A DNA stretch of 62,598 nucleotides from positions 1 through 62,598 of the IMG/VR virus record IMGVR_UViG_3300025316_000018; one strand, 5' to 3'. This DNA is from a virus. Its lineage: Duplodnaviria; Caudoviricetes. The notes under the pieces were generated by a model. It was not told the origin of the DNA and searched no databases. It saw only the letters and a list, made by a program, of their open reading frames with translations. The position numbers and the translations under genes are program-made. Below, in pieces: positions 28,106 through 38,147 of the stretch; within the stretch, counting starts at the first letter, position 1, and each line of letters opens with the position of its first letter.

Positions 28106-28362
28106 TGTTCTACTCCAAAGGTTTTTGAAATAACATCATGACATATCCCAGCACCAATACCTATATACATTGGATCTATGTCATTTTCATCCAAATAATC
28201 ATCTTCAATACTATCACAAATAGACAGGCATTGCCTAATAATTAGTGTAGCAAACTTTACAATATCCTCAGTAATCACATCACTCGTTGTTGGCAGGGAT
28301 ATGACACCATTATTCACATAAAATCCAGCCTGTTCAGCGATCTCTGTTATTTTATCGTTCAT
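28102..28362 (-). CDS. hypothetical protein (FAxLIIxxC family)
   Basis: KFATLIIRQC..FGVE. Confidence 0.65.
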   Translation of the reverse strand: MNDKITEIAEQAGFYVNNGVISLPTTSDVITEDIVKFATLIIRQCLSICDSIEDDYLDENDIDPMYIGIGAGICHDVISKTFGVEQ

Positions 28363-28619
28363 TATAACACCCCAAACTTCTGTTTAATTGAATCTATCAC
28401 AAGTTCCATACCATACCCGACATCCATAGATTTTTGATCGCCAGCATATCGTATGGTAATTTTCTTCTCGAAATCACCGACACATTCTTTGATGATTAAC
28501 TCAGCAAATCTATCGGTGATTTGTTGTGGAATAGTTACTGTATCTAACTCTGAAAGTTCCCAGTAAATTTTATATTCTTCTACAGATTGTTGTAATAATG
28601 CTAACACATTTCCATTCAT
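28362..28619 (-). CDS. hypothetical protein (FAxLIIxxC family)
   Basis: RFAELIIKEC..FGV, paralog of neighbour. Confidence 0.65.
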   Translation of the reverse strand: MNGNVLALLQQSVEEYKIYWELSELDTVTIPQQITDRFAELIIKECVGDFEKKITIRYAGDQKSMDVGYGMELVIDSIKQKFGVL

Positions 28620-28755
28620 GATGTCAACTCCTGCCAAACGTAAATACCTTCATCAACTCCATCAACCAATGCTATACATAATGCAAAACCAAATGCAAAC
28701 ACATAAGCGAATGGGTACACAATAATCTTTTTAATAATAGTAATATATTTCATTC

Positions 28756-28965
28756 TTAACTCCTACAATGAACTGTGACATCTTGCTCTACCGAGTTGCC
28801 ATTTATTGTGGTGTTGCCGCTAGTATAAATCGCTGATATACCGTCTACCCACTGACTCATGCAATCATCTTGTTCACCTTGACCTGAGTACCACTCGACC
28901 CACTGCGCAGCTTGATCTAGTGTATGAAACCCCTTGAGTACAACATTATAACTAGGTTTCATCAT
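28756..28965 (-). CDS. hypothetical protein
   Basis: LKGFHTLDQA..WYSGQGEQD. Confidence 0.6.
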   Translation of the reverse strand: MMKPSYNVVLKGFHTLDQAAQWVEWYSGQGEQDDCMSQWVDGISAIYTSGNTTINGNSVEQDVTVHCRS

Positions 28966-29040
28966 CTCAACAACCACATCCAAATAATAGTAGATAAAAT
29001 AGCACCAATAGCCATTCCTGTTATTGTCACAATACATACA

Positions 29041-29391
29041 CTAACATTCGTCGTCTGCTCCAAGTTTACGCTCCGCTCCAACAATATCCCAGTACACTTC
29101 ATCATCAACTGGTCTATACGATTCTAGTATATCAGCCTGTGTTTTGTTAGCGGTAATGTCACGTCCTTCATACATTTCAAATATTGTATCAGTGACAGTC
29201 ACGTCATCAATTTCCTCGTATTCTGCTGGCTGCCAATGTGTGGCTGGTGTATCTTTACCCGACACACTCACTTCCACTTCCCAGTACACACCAGCAATAG
29301 AACAATCATCAAACCCTAATAGCTTCTCGATCTCGTTATAATCAAACGATGGATTCTTTTCTGCAAACACTATACCAGTATACTTGCTCAT
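29041..29391 (-). CDS. acidic hypothetical protein
   Basis: PATHWQPAEY. Confidence 0.65.
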   Translation of the reverse strand: MSKYTGIVFAEKNPSFDYNEIEKLLGFDDCSIAGVYWEVEVSVSGKDTPATHWQPAEYEEIDDVTVTDTIFEMYEGRDITANKTQADILESYRPVDDEVYWDIVGAERKLGADDEC

Positions 29392-29576
29392 GTTCTATCA
29401 CTCTGTTCAAATCTATCTTTCCATGATGTTAATAGCTCACCACGAACCTTATCTATCAATGGATCATGTAATCCTGAATAAGTATCACATACATCCATAA
29501 CAGTACCTAATGCTTCAATTAATAGCCATTGCTCGTCAGGTGTTAGCTTTAAGTTATAATCGTCTTCGTTAATCAT
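29388..29576 (-). CDS. hypothetical protein
   Basis: ATGA coupling. Confidence 0.55.
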   Translation of the reverse strand: MINEDDYNLKLTPDEQWLLIEALGTVMDVCDTYSGLHDPLIDKVRGELLTSWKDRFEQSDRT

Positions 29577-29794
29577 TTTCGCACCATAACCCCGTTCGCT
29601 TGTTGCTCTGTTTGAAGTTCTGATATGCTGTAGATTCTTTCATCTTTAATATAAAACACACCCGATTTAGTTTTCTGTACAAGAACATAATCCTTGTATA
29701 ACTCCTTAGTATAGTGTGAGTTATATTCAGCACCAATAATACCAGACACTACCATTAATAACGCAATTAATCCTGCCATTTGTAATTTATTCAT
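29573..29794 (-). CDS. small membrane/secreted protein
   Basis: N-terminal hydrophobic helix. Confidence 0.6.
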   Translation of the reverse strand: MNKLQMAGLIALLMVVSGIIGAEYNSHYTKELYKDYVLVQKTKSGVFYIKDERIYSISELQTEQQANGVMVRK

Positions 29795-30095
29795 GTTTAT
29801 TCACCTTTTGATTTAATAATATATCGAAACTCATTATAAAGTAATAATACCGCCACCGCAATAAATATTGATGTTGATATTACCGTAATACCATCACGTT
29901 CATAACTCAGTAATAGAAAACTGAATATACAAAGTGTTAACGCTATTGAACCATTAATCATATAAATCCTGTGTTAATTAAAATCTGATACTTGGGCGTA
30001 GCCCATCGCGTAGCGAGTATTAATACTGTATTAGCACATGTGTTATACGTCCGCTTCGCGAATCAATAGCTACGCCATTGAAGTTCTGGTGCTGT

Positions 30096-30175
30096 ATTAT
30101 ATACTTGTATTAGTTCTTGTGTCAATACGTGTTCTAGTGGTAGTGCATTATACTAACACTACATAAACCTGTCAA
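30096..30175 (-). promoter_or_regulatory. tandem consensus sigma70 promoters
   Basis: TTGACA-17-TATAAT (30175-30147) and TTGACA-18-TATAAT (30125-30096). Confidence 0.75.
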
Positions 30176-30392
30176 GTGTTTTGCAAAACGACTAGCGAAA
30201 ACTCAGCGGCTAATGGTCATATTAGCACATGAATTATATGCGAAAACATGCTAGTAATAGTGTTGTAACACCCTGATTAGTATGACAATGTGCTAATTTA
30301 ACGTACCTTAAACCACATTTAAGGAATCTGCACGTGTGTCTGTGTGTAAAACCGACATAAAACTCATATTTCTGCTTGTATAACTCTTTATA

Positions 30393-30405
30393 AATCAATG
30401 AGTTA
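30393..30405 (+). promoter_or_regulatory. IHF-consensus site
   Basis: AATCAA-TGAG-TTA matches WATCAANNNNTTR in a non-coding block. Confidence 0.45.
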
Positions 30406-30585
30406 AAATGGTGTAAATTCTAGTTTTTGTCGATTGTACGGAATAAAGAAACCCTGTGAGAACAGGGCATAGAATGTGCGGAATTTCGAGCGAGGTATCC
30501 GCAACCTTTTCGATCGTGTATTGCGATGGATGCTCATAACATCCATGACAATCAACAATCTCTATTTAACTCATCTTCCTCGACA

Positions 30586-30762
30586 TTACAATTCTCCCAT
30601 CGGTAAGTGACCAGATATTTCTAACAATTCATCATCGTCCCAAGTACCAAACCAATCAGTCATATTTTCTACATAGAACGCACGTAAGTCATCTACTGAC
30701 ATCAATGATAATTTAGAATTGATGTATTTGAATATTAATTCTTTTCTTTCATTAGCACTCAT
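30586..30762 (-). CDS. small acidic protein (not in ORF track)
   Basis: 58 aa read manually; GGAG RBS; ATGA coupling. Confidence 0.6.
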   Translation of the reverse strand: MSANERKELIFKYINSKLSLMSVDDLRAFYVENMTDWFGTWDDDELLEISGHLPMGEL

Positions 30763-31295
30763 AATTCTCTCCTTAGTTCAGCATCACTCAGACTTTCTAG
30801 AAAATCCACTTGGTTAATACGATAAAATTCACGCATTTCTATATAAGAACAAAAAACAGTATTCCTCTCGGCAATCTGTTCGATCATAGTATCTCGTGGT
30901 ATTGGTTTGGTAATATAATCATTAATGATCCACTCAGGTATTAGATGCTCGAATCCCACGATCTCGTCAGCTTCTAGTGTAGGTTTATCACCACACACAT
31001 TAACACCGCATTCATCATCAAGGTCATCTGTATCAATCAGCAACACATTAACACCATAATCTGCATGATAATCAGCAACACCACCAGACACGACTATCAC
31101 CACACGCTTCATCGCCTGAATAGCTTTATTCCATAACACCCAACAGTCCATGATGTATACACCGTTATGCAATACACTGTAGGGATTCCGTGCGTCATCC
31201 AAATCAAATAGCCTAAAGAACTCTATCACGTCTTCATCGGATGCCATTTCAATCGCGTTCATAAATCTTATTCTATTATTTTCTGATGCAGTCAT
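30759..31295 (-). CDS. acidic hypothetical protein
   Basis: VVIVVSGGVAD..VLLIDTDD. Confidence 0.7.
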   Translation of the reverse strand: MTASENNRIRFMNAIEMASDEDVIEFFRLFDLDDARNPYSVLHNGVYIMDCWVLWNKAIQAMKRVVIVVSGGVADYHADYGVNVLLIDTDDLDDECGVNVCGDKPTLEADEIVGFEHLIPEWIINDYITKPIPRDTMIEQIAERNTVFCSYIEMREFYRINQVDFLESLSDAELRREL

Positions 31296-31318
31296 TTTAA
31301 TACTCTCTTTAATTGTTA

Positions 31319-31558
31319 TTATGCCAGTAAATCTTTTTGTACTTGATCCTTTACGGTCTTGCCGAACCAATAGAACTTACTGTTCCTATGCTTACCAACA
31401 CCTGATACAACGTCCCTCTCTGGGAATGTACCAGCCGCTACTCGATGATGTAACCCACGTTTCTTTATACCATAGATCATACAAATATCACCGACACTCA
31501 TATTACTATTATCAGATACATGTGTCAACCATTTAAAATCAACTGGTTTATTGTTCAT
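31319..31558 (-). CDS. AlpA/excisionase-like HTH protein
   Basis: SVGDICMIYGIKKRGLHHRVAAGTFP..W. Confidence 0.6.
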   Translation of the reverse strand: MNNKPVDFKWLTHVSDNSNMSVGDICMIYGIKKRGLHHRVAAGTFPERDVVSGVGKHRNSKFYWFGKTVKDQVQKDLLA

Positions 31559-31968
31559 GGTTTATCACCGAATGCTTCCTGATATAACAGTTCTATAGTC
31601 TGCTCGTCCATCTTCTCATAGAATGCAGCTAATACAGAATACAGGTAGTTGCTATCATTCACACACGAATCATACACATCATCAACGACCATCATTCTCT
31701 TGTCTTCAATGTGGATGTGAGCATCGTTCTCAAGTTCTTCAACAGCATCCTCTACAGGTGTTTTAAGCTCAATGTCCTGAGCAAATACCTCAATGATAGA
31801 ACCAGAGCCTTTATACTCGTCTATTATAGTGATCTTGTCTATAGGTGACTCAACCAACCCATTATCTGTGTTGATTGACATGATATTGTAATATTCACTA
31901 TTATAATATACGCCATCACCCTTAACTAAATCTTTATAGCCATCTTCTATATCTGCCATGGTCATCAT
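31555..31968 (-). CDS. acidic hypothetical protein
   Basis: ATGA coupling. Confidence 0.65.
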   Translation of the reverse strand: MMTMADIEDGYKDLVKGDGVYYNSEYYNIMSINTDNGLVESPIDKITIIDEYKGSGSIIEVFAQDIELKTPVEDAVEELENDAHIHIEDKRMMVVDDVYDSCVNDSNYLYSVLAAFYEKMDEQTIELLYQEAFGDKP

Positions 31969-32144
31969 GCACCCCATATACCAAGAGCAAATTGTTCTAG
32001 TTCTTCATCTGTCATGTCTTCTAGGATTTCATACTGTACCAGATAGAAGGCAGCTTGTAAGGCTTCTGTATCAGCCTCATTTGTAAAGAAACTAGCCAGC
32101 CTACTAATCAAATCGTGTCTGCTTCTTTGTGTATTAATACTCAT
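31965..32144 (-). CDS. small acidic protein (not in ORF track)
   Basis: 59 aa read manually, MSINTQRSRHDL... Confidence 0.55.
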   Translation of the reverse strand: MSINTQRSRHDLISRLASFFTNEADTEALQAAFYLVQYEILEDMTDEELEQFALGIWGA

Positions 32145-32146
32145 GA

Positions 32147-32419
32147 TTACACCACCTGTATATCATAGTTTAATTGATCCAATGTCAATACATAAAACAA
32201 GTCTAGCTTAGTAACAGAACCAAAAGAATACGCAATGTCTTCCATTGCTGTCTCCTCACCTGTACCATAAAAGAAACCTGTATATGATTCATCTGTCATT
32301 TGTTCTTCCATAATATCATCGTCTGAATCCCAATATCTAATGCGTATTGGTTCTTCACCTGACTCTGGTACATATACTGATGACCGCCGTACTAAACTCT
32401 TTGCTCGTTCAATATTCAT
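32147..32419 (-). CDS. hypothetical protein
   Basis: GGGGA RBS. Confidence 0.55.
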   Translation of the reverse strand: MNIERAKSLVRRSSVYVPESGEEPIRIRYWDSDDDIMEEQMTDESYTGFFYGTGEETAMEDIAYSFGSVTKLDLFYVLTLDQLNYDIQVV

Positions 32420-32687
32420 ATATCCCCCAATCGTTTCTAAATTCATACAACCCACCCCATAGATCAGTAGATTCACACTCAGGATCAAAGTGTATCATAG
32501 TACACCCAAGACCCATAGCCCTTTGTGCAATATAATATAACCATATCGGCAAATACTCGTGGTTCTTATCAACCACCACAATTATATTACCGACACCCTT
32601 GGCTATAACGTATGGCTCAAGGTCTTCAAGGTAACTTTCTTTAGGACAATATGACAACGGTATACTGAATATCTTTTCTATGCTCAT
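32409..32687 (-). CDS. hypothetical protein
   Basis: operon packing. Confidence 0.55.
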   Translation of the reverse strand: MSIEKIFSIPLSYCPKESYLEDLEPYVIAKGVGNIIVVVDKNHEYLPIWLYYIAQRAMGLGCTMIHFDPECESTDLWGGLYEFRNDWGIYEY

Positions 32688-32875
32688 AACCATTCCTGCA
32701 AGTTGCAATCTACCTTGCAACCATCAGCCATGTAGAAGTCTACTGTATGCTCGTTACCCTTTGCATCAGTACCTACCACCTTTAATATATTAAACGCTGG
32801 TGTACCACCACCAGCCTCAAATTCCTGCACATGAATCTTAACGTCTGCCATGTTATGTACTGAATAATTACTCAT
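32684..32875 (-). CDS. hypothetical protein
   Basis: GAGG RBS. Confidence 0.55.
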   Translation of the reverse strand: MSNYSVHNMADVKIHVQEFEAGGGTPAFNILKVVGTDAKGNEHTVDFYMADGCKVDCNLQEWL

Positions 32876-33132
32876 TGTACCACCTCGTTTAACCATGCTC
32901 TAATCTTAGACATACCATCAGCAGATATTGTCCATGTTGGTACACCAGCATCAATATTCAAACCACTATCGCCATCTAGTATAGTGCTGATGTAATACTG
33001 GAATGTACGTTGACCATACTCAGTGTGCATATATCGACCATCATAAAATGTAATGAAATCCTCGTCTGTGACTGCTGTCCAAGGTTGACCTGTAACGCTG
33101 TCGGTAATTCTTAATACATTATTCATCATCAT
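32872..33132 (-). CDS. hypothetical protein
   Basis: FYDGRY..YGQ..YYISTIL..GVPTWTI. Confidence 0.65.
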   Translation of the reverse strand: MMMNNVLRITDSVTGQPWTAVTDEDFITFYDGRYMHTEYGQRTFQYYISTILDGDSGLNIDAGVPTWTISADGMSKIRAWLNEVVQ

Positions 33133-33404
33133 TCACCAAATCATTAACCACATTCTCGACAAATTCCATCATGTCACCAATAGCCTGAAATAACTCGTCA
33201 TCAGTAACATCGTCGCGTATAGCCTCTAATGCTATTATGTAATCAGCCGCAGCATCATTAAGTTTACTAGCTAGTTCTTTATCCATCACACCAACCCCAT
33301 AGTAGCTTCATACAAAGCTAACAGTTCATCATAAGTAATAACATCACCATCAACAGCCGCATTAATGTTATCTACCGCAGTTTTAATCATTGTATTAATG
33401 CCCA

Positions 33405-33641
33405 TCAGCCCACCATCATCTTAAGTTTCAATTGTGGCACAGTGTGTTCAATTCGTGTGCATACATCGGTGTCCGCATCAATGTGCCATACTATGTCATG
33501 GCTGTAAACAGAACCAGTCTCGGTATAGATACCTTCAACCTCGACCAAGCGGGTGTTACCTTTCATGTTATCAGCCATTGTGCCTTTCCAGCCATTAGCT
33601 AATTGTATTCTCATGCCTTTCTTTAATTCATTAGTTTTCAT
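33405..33641 (-). CDS. conserved phage hypothetical protein
   Basis: LKKGMRI..DNMKGNTR..GSVYSHDI. Confidence 0.7.
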   Translation of the reverse strand: MKTNELKKGMRIQLANGWKGTMADNMKGNTRLVEVEGIYTETGSVYSHDIVWHIDADTDVCTRIEHTVPQLKLKMMVG

Positions 33642-33904
33642 ATCAATTCTCATTTAATTATTATCGAGCCTGTATCTTAGCACAGGTAATTTTTATTTGT
33701 TCAACTTTCTTTCAGGACTCATAGATCACTCGCATCCATACAATACCCGTCTTGTCTAGTCATTGTATACACACTCCACTATTTTAATGTGCTTATATCT
33801 ACCACCATCAACAGCATCAAGTAAAGCAGCCTCACAATAATCATGTGACGGGAATTCTATCTGCTGTACCTGTCCTGTATACATCACCACCAACAACACC
33901 CACA

Positions 33905-34306
33905 TTAGATGCCCCACTCACCCAAATTATAATCATGACCACGACTAGCACCACTATGTAACAGACAATGCTCTAATTGAGTCAGCATAGCCTTAGCCTT
34001 GCTACCAGTCCAGCCATCATACTCACATGATTGATAATCAAGGCAGTCAACTAGCTTTAACATAGCACCATCACTATACCCAGCAAACAAGTCTAAATTG
34101 CGTATGTTTATCCTGCCTCGTCTACGTGTCTCGTCATATCGTGTATTAACGCTTTTAACATTAGCCGACCATAATGCCTTTGCTACATTCACAATCATAG
34201 TGTAATCACCACTATCTGTACGCCTACGCCCACCTAACTCAACACGACAAACATACTCATTCGCCACCGCTAATACGTGTTTTTCACTAACCAACCATGC
34301 ACTCAT
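33905..34306 (-). CDS. conserved phage hypothetical protein
   Basis: ANVKSVNTRY, CLDYQSCE. Confidence 0.75.
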   Translation of the reverse strand: MSAWLVSEKHVLAVANEYVCRVELGGRRRTDSGDYTMIVNVAKALWSANVKSVNTRYDETRRRGRINIRNLDLFAGYSDGAMLKLVDCLDYQSCEYDGWTGSKAKAMLTQLEHCLLHSGASRGHDYNLGEWGI

Positions 34307-34506
34307 ATTCTTGCTCCACTACATACATAAGGTTTCTCAATAGCCACATGACAATCGCCATATAACGCCAGCTTATTCATATCACCACCCGTTATTAATT
34401 CGACAGCCTTCTCTATAGCTCGCTTCTCAGCCTTAGCCTCAACAGATCGACACGAATAACCACCACCATCTTTTCTGTACAACGTGACCCTGAATGTATC
34501 GCTCAC
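34303..34506 (-). CDS. hypothetical protein
   Basis: coupled. Confidence 0.55.
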   Translation of the reverse strand: MSDTFRVTLYRKDGGGYSCRSVEAKAEKRAIEKAVELITGGDMNKLALYGDCHVAIEKPYVCSGARI

Positions 34507-34745
34507 ACATCACCCATATAGTGGAAAGTCCATATCTGCTCAGTACCCACCTGAACCAATGGCTGCTCACGCTCTGCCCTAACTAGATCAGCCTTAGATC
34601 GACTGATCTTGTAATCGCGACAATTAACCGCATCGCCATTGATCGTGATTGATCCAGCCACACTGATAACATTGCCAGTCTTAGGCGGATAATATACCTC
34701 GCCTATAACCCTGTTGTTCCTGTCTAATAGTGCCGCCCTGTTCAT
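34503..34745 (-). CDS. hypothetical protein
   Basis: GAGG RBS, coupled. Confidence 0.6.
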   Translation of the reverse strand: MNRAALLDRNNRVIGEVYYPPKTGNVISVAGSITINGDAVNCRDYKISRSKADLVRAEREQPLVQVGTEQIWTFHYMGDV

Positions 34746-35008
34746 GCTATCACCTCGTTAGATAGAGCAACAAAACCCAAGCCCTTCAAGTACGCGTTAA
34801 GCTCTGTATTGCGGTTTTCTATCTCGTTCATTTCAGAGAATACACGACACACAATATCTAACATATAGTCATCTAGCTTAGCGATATCAGTAAACTGTCT
34901 GCTGATGTTGTTGTACTTGACTGCCACACTGCCATGCTCTGGGCATGTATGTACATCAATGTGCCGCACCAAATTACCGACCTTAATAGTTCTTTGTAAA
35001 ATCATCAT
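34742..35008 (-). CDS. hypothetical protein
   Basis: ATGAGGTG RBS. Confidence 0.65.
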   Translation of the reverse strand: MMILQRTIKVGNLVRHIDVHTCPEHGSVAVKYNNISRQFTDIAKLDDYMLDIVCRVFSEMNEIENRNTELNAYLKGLGFVALSNEVIA

Positions 35009-35225
35009 ATCACCTCATTCATTGATTAAAATTAATAATACATCATTGCATTATTATCGTGACCACTCGTTTAAATGGTCACTGTAATAACTTAACGTGC
35101 TTTTAATATACACCGCCTTAAATTGCAATCAGATAGACTCTCAAAGTGACAGCCCACAGTATGCCACTCAATCCAACCATTACTATCGATTGTACCCTTT
35201 ACACCATCACAAATAAATCGTTTCA

Positions 35226-35435
35226 TTATATCACCAAATAATTTTCATAAAGAGACTTACTAGCCAGATATGCCTGTTTTTGCTTAGACACATTTACCCA
35301 GTGCTTACTGATAAATGTACTGCGACTAGCAGACACCTCCCTATAATTGTGTATTGATACATCAACACTAAGCAAATCATTAAGCTTATACTGTTGGCAA
35401 ATCATATTATCAAATAACTCTTTTCTATATTCCAT
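35226..35435 (-). CDS. hypothetical protein
   Basis: AGGTG RBS. Confidence 0.55.
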   Translation of the reverse strand: MEYRKELFDNMICQQYKLNDLLSVDVSIHNYREVSASRSTFISKHWVNVSKQKQAYLASKSLYENYLVI

Positions 35436-35496
35436 ACATCACCTATTAATCAAGATTGATGCTCTATCATTACAATAGAGCAACATACAACCTTCA

Positions 35497-35712
35497 TTAC
35501 AAACCGTCATCATCCTCATAGAAAGTTATACCGCAAGCACCAAAATCAAATCCGTCGGGGAAGGTTAATATTTCTGCTGGATAGTCTTCGTTCATTGACC
35601 ACGTACTAACATCATATTCCATAGCAGCATTTACACTATCAATATCTTTAAACCAGTGAACAGACGCTGAGCCGTCACCGTTGTCACTAACCAAACCATA
35701 AATTTTTATCAT
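35497..35712 (-). CDS. hypothetical protein
   Basis: ATGAGGTG RBS; DNGDGSASVHWF. Confidence 0.7.
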   Translation of the reverse strand: MIKIYGLVSDNGDGSASVHWFKDIDSVNAAMEYDVSTWSMNEDYPAEILTFPDGFDFGACGITFYEDDDGL

Positions 35713-35796
35713 ACATCACCTCATTCATTGATTAAAATTAATAACACTAGAATTAATGCTATTAAGTTTAATCGCCATCCTTGGCAATAAATCACC

Positions 35797-36231
35797 TTAC
35801 CACTTGCCCTTATTGTATAGATCGTTATGATGTCCGCCAATATACGCAGCTAAACATACGTCTATATCATCAAAGTCCTTATGGCTGCTGGTAAAGTCCT
35901 CGTAAGCATTGATAATAATACTAGATACCGTTCCTATATCAACGCGCCTAAAGATATAACCATGCTTTCTTGATATCCTGTCCGCGACAATATCACTGGC
36001 AGAAAATATAACCGCGTTTTCTGCATCAATATCAGCCTGAACAGCGTCATAATACACCGCCTGAGCCTCTTTTAACAGCCGTATAGAATGTTCTAGCTCG
36101 CCCACGCCATACCAGCCGCGAAGCTCTAATAATAGCGTTCTATTCGCTACATCATCAACACAATACCTAACGTCTGCATGGTCATGCATCAGCTTATTAG
36201 ATTGCATCATTACGCTTTCAATAGATAACAT
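35797..36231 (-). CDS. hypothetical protein
   Basis: AATGAGGTTTTAAAATG start. Confidence 0.7.
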   Translation of the reverse strand: MLSIESVMMQSNKLMHDHADVRYCVDDVANRTLLLELRGWYGVGELEHSIRLLKEAQAVYYDAVQADIDAENAVIFSASDIVADRISRKHGYIFRRVDIGTVSSIIINAYEDFTSSHKDFDDIDVCLAAYIGGHHNDLYNKGKW

Positions 36232-36328
36232 TTTAAAACCTCATTATTAAACGATGTCGAATTAACATCAATAATAGCACACTACGTACCATTATTGATG
36301 CTCTATCATTACAATAGAGCAACATCAC

Positions 36329-36520
36329 CTATTTGTATCTAATGCTAAACTTGCCCACTTCTATCAATACCGCCTCGACCTGATTGTCTAGGTAGTTCAA
36401 CCCATTGATTAAACTTACCACTTCACTAGTCGTAGCATTGCTAATCAATACCGAATTACCATCAGCCGCAAGATTAACCCTATACTCTTTTGATGATAGA
36501 TACTTTGCTAAATTGTCCAT
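36329..36520 (-). CDS. hypothetical protein
   Basis: AATGAGGTTTTAAAATG start. Confidence 0.65.
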   Translation of the reverse strand: MDNLAKYLSSKEYRVNLAADGNSVLISNATTSEVVSLINGLNYLDNQVEAVLIEVGKFSIRYK

Positions 36521-36883
36521 TTTAAAACCTCATTATAATAACACCCACAATTGAGCATTGATATAGATGATAATTAAATCACCTATAGCGATAATCAATA
36601 GAATCTATCTGGTAATGCCTCTGGATTATCCCAGTAAAAAGCCTCCATTTGATCTAGGCTAAAATTATCCAAGTCTAACTCACCATTATCACATAATGGC
36701 ATATCTTTGTAGCTCATAATTGCACCTGAAATAATGCTAACACTATTACACCAGCACAAAACACCGCACCGACCAAATTAATCATTAATTCTCTATACAT
36801 TTTAAAACCTCATTATTTGATTAAAATTAATAACACTAGAATTAATGCTATTAAGTTTAATCGCCATCCTTGGCAATATAACC

Positions 36884-37336
36884 CTATACTAGATTGATGA
36901 TAGAATCCATTTTTATATTGAATACATCACCAGCACCACCAGCACCACCAGCGCGAAACTCACTCGCTAAACAGCGTTCTTTTACTGTATCTCTATCAAT
37001 AACAGCACCATTACATGTATATTCTGTAATGGTATTAAAACTAGAATTAAAGCTATTACACCTTAATTGAAGCGTATCCTTAACACGTATCAGGAACGGA
37101 AATATCGCCCACTCGCCATACTTTAAACCCTGATTTTCTGCTGGTAAATCACCAGCTTCTCTTTTTACCACTACCTTACTAAGATTGTCGTAATCTATCC
37201 CTAGGCGTGTTTGAAATGTGCTAGTTTTTATTATTGCATCCATCCCTTTTCTAGTCTTCATTACCCTAGACGTGGTGATAGTCGCAATTTGACCTTTCTT
37301 TGACAGAATACGGCTCATTAGCACTTCATTGTTCAT
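36884..37336 (-). CDS. conserved phage hypothetical protein
   Basis: RLGIDYDN..REAGDLP..GEW..FPFLI. Confidence 0.75.
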   Translation of the reverse strand: MNNEVLMSRILSKKGQIATITTSRVMKTRKGMDAIIKTSTFQTRLGIDYDNLSKVVVKREAGDLPAENQGLKYGEWAIFPFLIRVKDTLQLRCNSFNSSFNTITEYTCNGAVIDRDTVKERCLASEFRAGGAGGAGDVFNIKMDSIINLV

Positions 37337-37421
37337 TTTATAACCTCATTATAATTGTATTAATAATTGACAATCAATTATTGCTATGGATACCCACAAA
37401 GATACCCATAACACTAATAAA

Positions 37422-38147
37422 TCACATCCTAACAACAAATCCGCTTACATCCTTTTTAGCCTTTCCTTTAGCGTATAACGCCACAACACCCGCACCATCT
37501 AAAAAGCGCAAGTCCGTTTTGTCACCGTCAAGGGTGCGCATACCATCAAACATAGATGGAATATTACCCACCTTATCAAACACCACTGCAAAACGCTTGA
37601 ATACTGGATTCAGTTTTGCCTTAGTGTATACATCAATAAACTTCTCTACACCACTATAAGAAAACGTCAAATCGTAATTTGAAGGAATCCCATTGCGAGT
37701 AGGTATTTTAGTATAATCATAAAATTGTACATCTTTAAAGTATTCCATAATATTAGAGTAAATTACACCATCAAACAAAAAGGCGTACTTCTCCCACTGT
37801 ATATCACTTGTACCATTAAGGCGTACCACTGGAATCAATCCCAGTCTTTTGGCGCGTGTTATCAGTCTTTTTATAGACTTTACCATATTGATGAAAAATA
37901 TGGCTCTATCATTAAACCACATAGTAGTCTTTGACAAGCGCGCCAATTGTACATTAGAAAACGCACCTCTGCCTGCCGTATTAAGGCAAGGTTCAGCACA
38001 TCCAGCTAATAAGGCAAATGGACATACATCACCGAAACCACCACCATCACTAGGAGTGAGATAGAGTATTCCTGTAAGATAGCCTTGTGCCTGACCCTTT
38101 ACGGTCTTGGCATCAGCACTCATGGATAGCATCATTTTATAGCTCAT
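37422..38147 (-). CDS. GP88-like protein
   Basis: CP....C...CL.TAGRG, VRLNGTSD, FYDYTK, NYDLTFS, DGDKTDLRFLD. Confidence 0.7.
   Translation of the reverse strand: MSYKMMLSMSADAKTVKGQAQGYLTGILYLTPSDGGGFGDVCPFALLAGCAEPCLNTAGRGAFSNVQLARLSKTTMWFNDRAIFFINMVKSIKRLITRAKRLGLIPVVRLNGTSDIQWEKYAFLFDGVIYSNIMEYFKDVQFYDYTKIPTRNGIPSNYDLTFSYSGVEKFIDVYTKAKLNPVFKRFAVVFDKVGNIPSMFDGMRTLDGDKTDLRFLDGAGVVALYAKGKAKKDVSGFVVRM

Larger units (their letters stand above)
35455..36325. repeat. 32-bp exact intergenic repeat with 8-bp hairpin (35455-35486, 36294-36325)
   Basis: ATTGATGCTCTATCATTACAATAGAGCAACAT twice. Confidence 0.9.
35728..36878. repeat. 62-bp exact intergenic repeat (35728-35789, 36817-36878); 35009-35038 also matches 35715-35744
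   Basis: TTGATTAAAATTAATAACACTAGAATTAATGCTATTAAGTTTAATCGCCATCCTTGGCAATA. Confidence 0.9.
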
